Origin: Octopus bimaculoides
Taxonomy: Eukaryota
DNA: 64,000 nucleotides
Reading direction: 5' to 3'
NCBI RefSeq assembly: GCF_001194135.2
Contig: NC_068984.1
Coordinates: 18,047,765 to 18,111,764, forward strand
Shown: piece after piece, positions 24,851 through 37,245 of the stretch
How the letters are laid out: every line of letters starts with the position of its first letter
Numbering within the stretch: position 1 is the stretch's first letter
Translations under genes and position numbers: made by a program
Notes under the pieces: model-generated
Told to the model about the DNA's origin: nothing
Database searches by the model: none
Seen by the model: only the letters and a program-made list of their open reading frames with translations

Positions 24851-25483
24851 ACATAGTGTAAGCTAGGATTTCACTGACCAAATCGTTATATTCAAATGAG
24901 AAGTAGAGATAATAGTATAGAAAGTATTTTCTACAATTGTAACATTTAGAAAGATAGATTATGAGATTTAGGCTTATGGATTGTGTCTTACATTGAATAC
25001 TTTACTTAGGTGTTGCAAATAATCGCAAAATAAATCTCTTACAAAATTTCTCCAAGCCAACCATATTTTATATCTGCACAACTCTTTTTATCTAAATATA
25101 CATCTATCATCTTTACTATCTCCTGTTCATTTGCCTCTTTTTCTCATGCACACATGAAATATGAAGAGTTACTATGTGCATGCATGCATATGTATTCATA
25201 ATCCTTGATTTAATGTCCACTTTCCATGCTTGTGTGGATTAAACTCTTAGGTTTGTTGAAGCAAAGCTTTACAGTTGAATACTCTTCTTATGCTAGACAC
25301 TTCATTATTCCAAGAGAATATTATTCAATCTCCCGTAGTAACTCTTGGTTGTGGATAATATTAACTACATGTCTCAAGAACAACTCGTGTTGCTAAAGTG
25401 GCTCCTAAAAAAAGATGAAATATCTGTAATTACTTCAAATATTATATTATCAGAAACTAAATTTACACGTTAATATTTCTATT

Positions 25484-25698
25484 TAAGATGGTGAGCTGGC
25501 AGAATCATTAGCAACCTGGGCAAAATCTTTAATGATATTTCATCTGTCTTCGTGTTCTGAGTTCAAATTTTGCCACGGTTGACTTTGCCTTTTCTCCTTT
25601 TGGGGTTGATAAAATAAGTACCAGTTGAGCACTGGGGCTGATGTAATCGACTTACCTTCTACCCTGAAATTGCTGGTCTTGTGCCAAAATTTGAAACC
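25484..25698 (+). mobile_element. SINE family C2 with 12-bp TSD
   Basis: ggtgagctggcagaatcattagc...cttgtgccaaaatttgaaacc. AATATTTCTATT occurs at 25472-25483 and 25699-25710. Confidence 0.9.
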
Positions 25699-26299
25699 AA
25701 TATTTCTATTGACTAAACACATTCTAGTGACATTAGTTTTAAATGTTTCCACAATATAGTTTAAGTTCTGTATTATGGCAACCTGTTTTAAATTGTTATC
25801 AAGAGAATGATGTGTGAGCTATGTACAAGTTTTAAATTTGTATTTCTAATGGCATTTAGAAGGAAATATAAAATTCTTTGGTTGCTTTTCAATATCTGAT
25901 GGCAAGATTATATGACCAATGAAAATTTATAATGGAACAAAGCTGCTTAGCGTTTGTCTTCTGCTGCAACTGTCTTCTGCTGGTTATGTCATCAGGATAA
26001 TAGATAACAAGTTATGTAGATATTTGTATAATGAATTGAATACCATAGAGTGAATTTGGGTTAACTTCAAGAAGTTATACAAAGATCAGCTCAATGAACA
26101 GCTCTTCTAAGATAAGTCAACAGAATTGGTAACATCATGCAACAGACTTACCCAAAGGATACAGGTTTGAAATTCCTGCTGGACTATTATTCAACTGAAA
26201 CTATAGTAGAGGACGGAAAGCATGACAAGCACTAAGTAACATACAGAATAATACCTAGTCAACACTTTGTCTAAAGTAAATTGTAAATCCTGTCTCTAG

Positions 26300-27030
26300 G
26301 AGGATCTTTTGAGAACAACAAAGAAAATATTTCAATCATCCACATTAACAAGGAATTTGCCTTTTGACTTTACACAGCTAGACTCAATAAACTGTATCTC
26401 ATTAACATTTCAGAGATATTACTTGATAGGAATGGACTAAATCATTTGTTCTGAAAATTAAATAGATTTTGCTTTGTCTTCAATTCTTAAACTCCTGTAT
26501 TGTTTTCTCAATGTAAATCTCCTGTTAGAAACTATCAAATTTATTAAAAAAAAAAAAGCAGCTAGCTAGTATTAATTATTACTATCGGATGAAATTTATG
26601 GAGACAGGTGTACATTGTGATAGTGGTGGTTATCTGTTGTCATATCACATTCACCTGCCAATTTAGGTTGAATATAGTGAAGTAACTACACATGTTTTCA
26701 CATATGTTGACAAAATATTGATTCCTGGGCATTAATTTTTTCAGTTCAATCATTAACAAGTGATATCATCAAATTCTCACTTGATGCTTGAGGTATGAAA
26801 CACCATTAAGCTCAAAAATCAAAAGGAAAAAAATCTGGCGAATTTTACTTGGTAAAATGCAAAAAATAACCATACATGGCCCAAACAGGAATTCTTTTTA
26901 CAGGAAGTTTCAAAAGGTAGCTAAACTTTGCTTCTTGCACAGAAAAGTGCTAAATTGTAGTTTTTCATGCCTATTCAACAACATTTCAAATGCAGTTTCG
27001 TGTGGTTCAACATTTGATGATGGGTGATCT
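26300..27030 (+). mobile_element. Possible decayed LINE endonuclease domain
   Basis: ISIIHIN (like SILHLN), NISEILL (like ISETWL), IHGPNRNSF (like IYRPPN). Weak similarity judged by eye only. Confidence 0.3.
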
Positions 27031-27758
27031 GTGGTGTAAGAATTGAAATATTAAAAGCAGAAACAGCTTGTCAGAGGCTGATCATCTACCCTTACAATTA
27101 ATCATTAGTTTAGTATCTTTATGAAGATAAAGTATGTTATGTTAGCAGTTTTGTTTTTTATAAATTATTGATTTTCTATGCTTGTACATTTAGTTATCTT
27201 AGGTGCAAATAAAGTAGCTTTGTCACCATTGCATATGGTTTAGAAAATGTTTATTTCTCCAAGCCTAATTGTAAATTATCTGAACACAAATAAATCTCAT
27301 CTCACTAATGATGAATACTTCTTTTTTTTTTTTAAATTTAAAGATAGAAATTCCATTAGCCTTTTCAGTTGTTATCCCTCTTCTCCAAAACCACATTAAA
27401 AGCCACATTGAAAAGCTACAACTGACATATATAAGACTTTGTGGAAATGATTAAGAAAACAGACCTACATGTTTATAATATAATTTCATTATAGTCCTTC
27501 AACTGCATTTGCAGTTTTCTCTTTCTATCACAATTTATATAGTTTCCATATTTCAAGGTACATATAAATGATTTCAGAAACAGATACTATTAACCATTAA
27601 GAAAAGTCATTCAGCTATGTGTTTTGAGTTAAACATTATTTATGCAGTGGTGTTGGCAATAGTGGTCATTTGGTAGGAGTTGAGTTTTGAAAGTTGGTCC
27701 TATCTACTAAACTTCAAATTTTTAAAAATAACTATTCTTAATTACTTTTCTGGTTGAT

Positions 27759-27759
<1 letters not shown>

Positions 27760-27831
<72 letters not shown>

Positions 27832-28065
27832 ATATATATGTATATATGCATATATATATGCATATATATATATATATATATGTACGTATATATGTTTGTA
27901 TATATATGTTTGTATATATATATATGTATGTATATATGTATGCATGTATATATATATATGTATGTATGCATGTATGTATATATGTATGTATGTGTGCATG
28001 TATGTATATATGTATGTATATATATATATGTTTGTATATATGTATATATACATATATATATATAA
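27760..28065. repeat. Long compound (TG)n / (TA, TATG)n low-complexity tract
   Basis: Directly visible; it generates five overlapping spurious ORFs. Confidence 0.97.
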
Positions 28066-28110
28066 AATGCTTCCAAGATATTACTGAAGTTGTTTCTTAA
28101 TATATATATA

Positions 28111-28617
28111 NNNNNNNNNNNNNNNNNNNNNNNNNNNNNNNNNNNNNNNNNNNNNNNNNNNNNNNNNNNNNNNNNNNNNNNNNNNNNNNNNNNNNNNNNN
28201 NNNNNNNNNNNNNNNNNNNNNNNNNNNNNNNNNNNNNNNNNNNNNNNNNNNNNNNNNNNNNNNNNNNNNNNNNNNNNNNNNNNNNNNNNNNNNNNNNNNN
28301 NNNNNNNNNNNNNNNNNNNNNNNNNNNNNNNNNNNNNNNNNNNNNNNNNNNNNNNNNNNNNNNNNNNNNNNNNNNNNNNNNNNNNNNNNNNNNNNNNNNN
28401 NNNNNNNNNNNNNNNNNNNNNNNNNNNNNNNNNNNNNNNNNNNNNNNNNNNNNNNNNNNNNNNNNNNNNNNNNNNNNNNNNNNNNNNNNNNNNNNNNNNN
28501 NNNNNNNNNNNNNNNNNNNNNNNNNNNNNNNNNNNNNNNNNNNNNNNNNNNNNNNNNNNNNNNNNNNNNNNNNNNNNNNNNNNNNNNNNNNNNNNNNNNN
28601 NNNNNNNNNNNNNNNNN
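28111..28617. other. Assembly gap (N)
   Basis: Run of N. Confidence 1.
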
Positions 28618-29334
28618 TTTTAGCTGTCAAATAATTTCCTTAATTTATCTACTGGTAAGCAATTTTTCACATTTGCAAGTTTTATGAAAAGATTTTAAGA
28701 AGAATCTGCTGACAATTTCTATGACTGAAATTTTTCATGAATTTCAGAATTATGCAATATGGAATGAAAGTAAATCTTGCATTGGTTACTTGAATTTTAA
28801 TTTTCCCTTTCATTAAAGTTTGTGTGAAATGAAAAGGTTTATTTTTTTCCTTCTTATTTTCAATTCAGATCACATTTTCAACCTCTTCTCTGTGTTTGAT
28901 TTGTCTTGTGGTGCTTCTTATTTCAAATGGAACTTTATCTCTGATGGTAGTCAATTAAGCTGAATTATATTTTAACATATTACATGAGTAGCATATCGCT
29001 AATACAGTCTTATACTGTGATATTTCTTTAAACACGGATCTCTGTATACAATATTATATCTTTAAACACAGGCAATGTTTAGAAAATGTTATTTTATAAC
29101 GTCTTTATTGCTTTCATGAAAGCTATATTTTGATTTCTCTTTTCCTTAGATTTATTCATTAGATTCTAACGCTTTTTTTTTTTGACTAACTACACTAAGG
29201 TGCCTCCAGTTGTTTATATTGAGCCCCACTTCTTTGTCTGGTGCTTATTCTGCCCAAGTTGATCTGAAGTCAGAACATAAAGGGACATAATCAAATACTA
29301 AGTACTTAGTTCGTATACCCTACACATTTTATCC

Positions 29335-29630
29335 ATTCAGTGTGGCTAAAATAAGAAAAATAAGGCAGATACTGTCTCAAGTCTCAGGAGTCAGAAGGTG
29401 TGTCACCTGGTTTCTATGCTGCATGAATGACAAAAATGATAACATTCCCCTTAAACAGGACAACAGTCTGTTGCAGGGGTACTCATTTACAGCTGAGTGG
29501 GCAAGAGAAACATTAAATAAAGTGTATCGCCCAAGAACACAATACATCACTCGGCCCAGGAATTGAAACCATGATCTTGCAATTGTGAGTCCAGCACTAC
29601 GCTGTGCACTTTCACTAGAATAAGAATGAT
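29335..29630 (-). mobile_element. SINE family D/F copy
   Basis: actcatttacagctgagtgg...cccaagaacacaatacatcac...aggaattgaaaccatgatcttgcaattgtgagtccagcac. Confidence 0.75.
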
Positions 29631-29737
29631 GTTGGAAAAGTTCAGGGAGCTATTATCTCTGTTACTAACAAAGAGATTGTCTTTTTGAGAAAAGAGTAGA
29701 TTGTATGATGCTTATCAGTAAAGTACAGTGATGCATA

Positions 29738-29957
29738 TCTATTTCTTTATTGTGCACAGGGGCTAAACATAGAGGGGACAAAGACATACAAAGGGATTAA
29801 GTCAATTACATCGACCCCAGTGCATAACTTGTACCTATTTAATCGACCCCCTAAAGGATGAAAGGCAAAGTCGACCTCAGCGTAATTTGAACTCAGAACA
29901 GAATGACAAACGAAATACTGCTAAGCATTTTGCCTGGTGTGCTAACCACTCTGCCAG
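29738..29957 (-). mobile_element. SINE family C copy
   Basis: atttctttattg..ggggctaaacatagaggggac...aaaggcaaagtcgacctc...atttgaactcagaac...ctctgccag. Confidence 0.88.
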
Positions 29958-29959
29958 TG

Positions 29960-30120
29960 AGATATGGGTGTTGAATGCAGAGAACATGTGAAGGCTAGAA
30001 ATGAGCATGCTTTGCTGGATGTGCAATGTTAGTGTGCATGAATGGTGAACGACAGATAAGTTGAGAGAAGAAACTGGGTATAAGCAGAGTCAGATGGGGT
30101 GTGTAAAAGAGAAGCATCAC
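29960..30120 (+). mobile_element. Short RTE-type RT fragment
   Basis: EMSMLCWMCNVSVHE...LRE / KLGISRVRWGV. Confidence 0.65.
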
Positions 30121-31129
30121 AGTTTATCAAAATGAGAGAAGTCCTCATTTTCCAGCCAAGCTGGTGCAAAAAGAAATAACTATATATCTTGAAAAATTCA
30201 TTGCAATGTCTGTGAATTATAGCAGTCTTTTGACCCATGACAGTATTTACTCGCATGATAACTGGACATCATAGTGGATGCCCCAATATTCATTCCAAGG
30301 TGAAACTGTAAAAGTTATATTGAATTATGTCTGATTTGATTTTGTATACAAAAGTTGAAACCTATTATTAAGGTAAAGTTAAGTGAGATTTATGGAAACT
30401 TTAAGTGTCATATAGAATTATATCAGCTGTAAAGGAGATTTTTTAATTTTGTATGGTTCTTAAATTTTCTGAAAATCTCTTCAGAGTAGAGACGGAATAA
30501 GTAGTCTTCAAAGCTAGAAAACTGTTGCTAATGTATTAGTATGATTTAGATGTGTAATAGATTTTTTTTTTTCACTTTTTCTGAATATAGTTTTTAATCT
30601 TTAATCAAATAAGCAAACAAGGAAAAATAGCTTGGTCATATATTGAAAAAAAAAAAATATAAAAATAAAAAATAAGTGCTTAATTTTATTAGATAAACAG
30701 TTCAAGAAAAACACTTCTGTCAGTATGACAATCACTTGACACTCTTTCTGGATTAGCTTCTCTAAATATATCATGCTCCAACTAAATTTCTACTAAATTT
30801 AGATGACGTTTTTAAAACAGCTATTCATTTTGTAGCAAAGATAAACTCTGAAATGGCTTGAAAAAAGAATGTAGTTACACAGCAATTTTGTCTTATTTTT
30901 TCTGAAATTGATTTAGATGTAGGTGTTCTCCAGCTTATCATTTAAAAATATAACTAGTGTTTGGTTACCACCTGAAATATGATGTCTAGTTTCACTAGTC
31001 ATCTTATTTGTTAGTGATAAGCTGAGAATATTACCTTAGGTCTGTCACAAGCCTACTAACTTATTAGGTTTGACTTTGTTTCAGTTTCTATAGGGTAAAA
31101 ATGATTCAGAGTCCTACATTCTGTCTTTA

Positions 31130-31315
31130 ACCAGACACCAATTTATTACAGAGTTTACCATCTGTTGTAACTGGTTCTCATTTTTTAGCTGAGTGGACTA
31201 TAGCAAAGGGAAATGAAGAGTTTTGCTCAAGTACACAGTACATCACCCTGTTTAGGAATTAAAATCCCAACCTTAAAATCACGCATCCCACGCCCTACCT
31301 CTCAGGCCACACACC
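31130..31315 (-). mobile_element. Degenerate SINE family D/F copy
   Basis: ctcattttttagctgagtggact...ttgctcaagtacacag...ctcaggccacac. Confidence 0.65.
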
Positions 31316-34300
31316 TTGTTAACTTTGTATGTTTACATCTGAAATGAAATTTTCCACTGTAAAAAATTTTTGTTCTTCACAGAGAGATCTACAAAAATTA
31401 AAAACAAAACAAAACAAGACATATACCATAGATAGAATTGTAAAAGTAGCATTGTTTTAGAAAGTTGTTTCCAGTTATATGAAAAATATTTTCAATCTTT
31501 ATTATTTTTTGTCATTTATTTGCCAGTGTTTGTTGCCAGGCACATGTCAAATCATAATGAACTTTTGAATAGGTTAAAAGTTAGCTAATTTATTTGATTT
31601 ATCATTCTAAAGGTTCATTAACTGAGATCACTGAGAGTAGTTTATATCAATTCAGTTAATTAATATTGAACAGTAATGATATTTAGCTGTACACAAGAAT
31701 TTAGAAATGGATACAAATCTGTCAATGTAACTTTTGATAAACTAGTTAAAATGGCATATTTATTAAGAGGTTGTCAGCAAATTTTGTAATAACTTGGTTT
31801 TTATTACCATGCCATTTACATCTAGAATGTTTTCTAGGAATATAATTCAAATCTATTTCTAGACTGGTTCTTTTATTTTATGAACCCCAGGAGAATGAAA
31901 AGCAAGGTCAAGCCTAGCAGAGTTTATTATCTATTTTTCTCAAGACCCTTTTCTTCAGTGTCAAGTTGTACAAAGAAAAGTTAAATAGCTGAAGGCTTTT
32001 ATGCATATGTAAGAAAAGTGAAATATTTAATGCCTTTTCTTATCTGTTGGGTCCGTTTCTGTTGATTACAAAATGTGAGCAAGAAATAAGAGTACTCTCC
32101 TTCCTTTCTTAAAGGCAATGGTTACATTTTATATAAATGTCCTCAAAGATATGTTTTCTTTTACAAGTGCATTGCTCATTCAAAAAACACAAAGAGATTA
32201 ACAAATGTTTTTCAACACCTTGGAAGTAAAAGAGCTGTTTTTTGTTAGTAATGATAATTATGTGGAGGAACAAAAATCCACAATGGAAATATTATTAAAA
32301 TTAATCCTAGAGTAAGAATAAATTTTAAAATACACTATCCATTGAATTGATTTACATCCTTTAGAATTAAGATCAATTACATTTTACACTTGATTCCATT
32401 AGTATTCAATTTCTGGTTGAATTTCTTTACAAGGATATGATGAAGGTTCATCTTTTATTAAGAGGAATACTTGAGAACTTCTTAGATCTACTCAAAGCTT
32501 GGATGCATCCCCCACAAGTGTTCTTTCAGTTTTCTTTTTTCCTTTTCTTTTATTTTTGTTGTTGTTGGTTTCTTTGCTTTTGCTCCTCTTCTCTGCAAAC
32601 TTGTATCTGCTGCTAATTTCTCTAATGAAGTTTCTTTTTCTGCAGTGTTCTAAGTTAGTTATAAAGATTTTTTTTTATATTCTTTCCATTTTGATTATTG
32701 AAACTGTTAAATAAATCTTGAGGATTGGCTAATAATTGCCTTTTTTGTGCAGAAAATCATTAAATATTAAATTTTTTCTATAGTTTAAACTTTATGTTGA
32801 GAATTGAAAAAGGCAGAAAATTTAATTGATGTAAATTTATAACTCTAAGATGATATTTCTGTATCATAATTAAATAAAAACAAGTACATTGTTTTTAGAA
32901 TATTGAGATATTTTTTCAGCATCTCATATTTTATGGGTAATTAAAAAAATAGTAATTATCATGCTGTTGCAATATTTGATAGAGGAATAGCTTACATGTT
33001 AGTTTCTCTAAAATTAAAGCTAGTTAACTCAATTAAAAATCATAAAAGCTATTAAAGATAATGTGAGCTATGATTGTTTGAGGTTTCATACCTTGATAAG
33101 GGGCCACTTCAGTCAGCTATAACTTTACTTTGCAAATTTATAATCTTGAAGTAATTTAGGTAGCCGTTGTTATTTTTTAAACGTGGCATGCATTTACTTT
33201 AGCAAATAAAATAAGCTTTACATGACTTTTTTTGAAGAAAATAAGAGTTAACTATAATTGGGGCAAAATGTTGTATGAATATAGAAATAAAGAAGGCTCT
33301 TGGTGTATTCCCTAAACAAAGACCATTTTATTTCTAAGGACTGAAGAAGCATCAACAAGCTTTTGAGCCCATGTAATAACACAATGATATAAAAAATAAC
33401 TAAGTGTCTGAGATGGGTTCTTGTTAAGAAAATGATAGTTTTCCAGATTATTAACTCTTTTGAGGTGAATTTTTAAAAGAAAATATTTACATCTGCATGT
33501 GATAGTTACACAATAAATGAGCACATTATTATTCTTGAATTAGAAAAAAAGGTTCCCAGTTTAATCTTGTCTGTAAGCAAATTTTAGTTATTGTTTGGTT
33601 TCAGTCTTCTGTTAAAACAAGTGGACCATGAGAAAATATTGCATTGCTTGGAAACAAGTGAGGGATGGTGACAGAAAGAGCATCCAGCCAAACAGGATCT
33701 GTTTAAAAAAATTAATGTAACTCCTGCAAGCATAGCAAAATAGACAATAAAATGCTGCTAATGAGGAATTAAATTATACCAAACCATTTCCCAATATGAA
33801 GTCAAAGTTGACATTAGAATCAACATTTGGCTGTAATATCTTTTGCTGAAAATCTTCAGACTAATGATCTCTTTAAATCTCTGGCCAGACAAGGGCATTT
33901 GTGAAATAGCAATACATATCTGTTTATAAAGAAATGATTTTTTAGAAAATTAAATAAATTTTATATGTCATGTTTGAATTGAAATTGTTTTCATATTGAT
34001 ATATTTAAATGAGACTAAATTGTTTCCTCACTGCATTTTTCTCAATGTTTTTTTTTTTTTATTCCAGGTGAGTTAATGGTTGTTCAGATGTTAATTTGTG
34101 ATGAGTTTTTCTTTGTTAATAACTGGCTTTCCCACTGAATTCTCATATGGTAATGTATGGAAAACTTCACATTTTTTGTTATCAGAATTGCAGAAGCAGT
34201 TTATATATGTAAATCTTGTTTATCCTATAAATATTTATTATTATCTTGTAAAATTGGTTTTCTCTTTATTGTAACATTTATACACTATTTCTACCTACCA

Positions 34301-35338
34301 CTTTGGTCATAATCTTCGTTTTCAAGTTGTGTTGAAAATAATTTATAAAGGAATATCAAATTTCTTTGAGGAAATTTTAGAACAAAACATCATTGAACTT
34401 GAAATAAGTGATTGAGAGATAATTGGAAAATATAATTTTTTAATTACTTAACCATATTATGTATAAACCCTGTGTAATATCCAAGACAGTAAGGCAGTCC
34501 TGTATGTATTGTTAGAAATTAGTTCTAGATTGAAGGAAGAGAATAATTATTCGACAACATTTAAGAAAAATACAATATGAACAGTTGGTGTCTTTTCATT
34601 AAAATAATTGTATAATTAATAACGTTTTGGTGCTTTTGAAAGGAAGTGACATTGGATTTTAGGAAATAAAGAGAAAGTAATTAATAAATGATATTAGACA
34701 TGTTAAGCCCCCTCCCCTCTGATTAGAGGCAGAGCTGAGTGGCAGGCTTACTAATGGAACCATGTAGCTATTACTTGACAAGCTTTATAGCTTATACTAC
34801 AATGTGCCTTTCATTCCAGCTTCTCAAATTAGGTATTATAATTTCTCTGTGGTATTTTATCTCTATTATTTCATCTCCACAAGTTAATTATTTATCAGTC
34901 ACTTACTACTGACAGGGTAACCTATTGTATTAACTCTTAAAGTCTTGTACTTCAAATAACTGCAGGAGTCTTGAATCACACACAACCAGAATTCAATTAA
35001 CGTTGTTGTTTGGGGTTATAAAACAGGAACTCAGCACTCTTCTGTGAGAGAAATAAAGTTTAGCATCATCATTGAAAAACCTTTCTGTCAAAAGACTTCC
35101 TGTTTGTGCTGTTTATTCAATGAATTTTTTGGATTATTTTCCCCTTTTTGATTTCCAAGCTTCATGGCGAGTGAGAAAGAGAGCTTAGTCTTGGAGAAAA
35201 TAATCAGGAAGATATTTCAGGGTAGCTGTACACCCCAGTGATCATAGTGATATCAAGGTTTATCAATTATGAGCAAAAAGGGTTTGATCACACAGTTGAT
35301 CAATGCATTGATACTTTCTTTTGGTGATGTAGCCCCCC

Positions 35339-35348
35339 NNNNNNNNNN
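35339..35348. other. Assembly gap (10 N)
   Basis: Run of N. Confidence 1.
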
Positions 35349-35764
35349 ACAAAAGCTTTGAACTTAGAAGCTAAGCCTGTTGACTATTTTCTTTTACTTT
35401 TTCCTGAAGTAATTTTTTTATCAGGATGAGTGATGAAACCACAAGATATATGTGTCAACAGAATAACATCACCTTAATTCCATCAATGGAGAAGATGAAA
35501 GAATATCTTGGAATGCTTTTTGTAATGTGAGTTGTGTAATTTCTGAGTTACAGAGACTGCTGGGACACAAATTCAGTTCTGAGAAAATCAATACCCAGGA
35601 ATCTACATCTTGTAGATATATGTGAACACACCTATGTGTAATCAATCTATCTCTATTCAACCTACCAAGGCAGGTGAAAGTGACATGATAACAGGTAAAG
35701 AAACCCAACAAGTAGAAACCACATTCCCATCATCATCATGTCACATATGACATCATGTCATGTG

Positions 35765-36088
35765 AAGGCACGTGGTTTAGTGGTTAGGGTATTTGGCTCA
35801 TGATTGTAAGGTTGTGAGTTCAATTTCCAGCGGTGCATTGTGTCCTTGAGCAAGACACTTTATTTCGCATTGCTTGGGTCTGTTCAGCTGGCAAAAATAA
35901 ACAGTACTTGTATTTCAAATAGCCAGTCTTGTCACATTTTGTTTCATGCTGAACCTCCCTGACTCCTATGTTAAGGGTATACATGTCTGTGGAGTGGTCA
36001 GCTGCTTGCTTGTTAATTTCATGAGCAGGCTGTTCCATTGATCAGATGAACTGGAAAACCCCCTGTTGTAACTGACCAAGTGCCAGTT
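35765..36088 (+). mobile_element. SINE family D, full length (tRNA-like head)
   Basis: A-box-like gtggtttagtgg, B-box-like gtgagttcaattt, then tgtgtccttgagcaagacacttta and gttaagggtatacatgtctgtggag. Confidence 0.85.
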
Positions 36089-37120
36089 TATCTGTTTATC
36101 TACAAGTTTTATCCAAATTCTTGTTGTAGTTATATTTCTATGATTTTGTACTGAGTTGACTGCATTTCATGAAATCCTCTAGTTTCTAACAGTTTTGATA
36201 AATTTATATAAAGAATCTGTTTTGATAAGTTTATATTAAGAATCTGAGGTGATCTACAAGAATTTAAGAGTTAATGTCCAATATAGTGAAGTGTCCTAGT
36301 AGTGTTATATTTTGTTGTACCTTTTAGCAGGATCTATATGATTTTATTTTTCCTCATTAAATAAAAAGTATTCTGCTTCGGTTTTGTGTATATAAATTGT
36401 TTTAGATTATATGAAGTATAACAAAAGTTCCCTTTTAAATGATATATATATATAATGAAAAAAAAAAAAAAAAGAGCAGTGATATGCTGAGTAAGTTTGA
36501 AGTGTTTCATTGATCTGGAACAGATATGCCAAGATTTTATTAGATTTTTGTCTTCAGTAATGTCATTATATATTTTCAGTTTATCTACATAAATTTGTAA
36601 AATTAAATTAGTGCTTATGTGGTTTCAGTGATAGATGACTGACCACATAGTAAAGAGTTAGTCTTTGCTATTTATGCTGTTTTGTAACCCCTGCACTGCT
36701 TAGCTTGGTTTGTTCTGTTTGAAAAATTAGGTGCCATTCTCTCATTTGAGTTGTCTGGGAGAGGAATAAAAAGAAGCAAAGAACCAACACTAAAATTTTT
36801 GTTTCAATAACATGTAAATTTTCTACAAAAAAAAAAAACAAAAAAAACAACAACCGCCAAATCAGTAAAAGTATGGAAACGATTTTTTAAAAGGAGTGAA
36901 ACACAAAACCTAAATGAACAGAGAGAAATATTTTCTATCAGTTCAAATGTGAAGGCTGTATGTCTTTTTACAAATCCATTTGACAGAGCTACTCACATTT
37001 TTATTTGGTATCATTAAGAGCATAAATAATACAGTAATATTAATCTTATAAAAACGTGAACAAAATTCTATTATTTCCTTATTTGCATTTCTGAGATATT
37101 TATTACTATAGTAGTAAATT

Positions 37121-37245
37121 NNNNNNNNNNNNNNNNNNNNNNNNNNNNNNNNNNNNNNNNNNNNNNNNNNNNNNNNNNNNNNNNNNNNNNNNNNNNNNNN
37201 NNNNNNNNNNNNNNNNNNNNNNNNNNNNNNNNNNNNNNNNNNNNN
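37121..37245. other. Assembly gap (N)
   Basis: Run of N. Confidence 1.

Noticed and set aside
27738-28100. Five overlapping ~100-aa ORFs (VCVC/YIYI/HTHT)
   Set aside because: Translations of dinucleotide repeats, which lack stop codons. The same applies to ORFs at 396, 22069, 22704-23033, 52377, 56514 and 60381.
36193-36260. 27-bp tandem duplication and a recurring (c)tgaggtgatcta motif (also 37515 and 54422) as snoRNA box-D ends
   Set aside because: No paired C box or terminal stem; the 54422 copy adjoins family-E repeat sequence, so it is likely an interspersed-repeat fragment.
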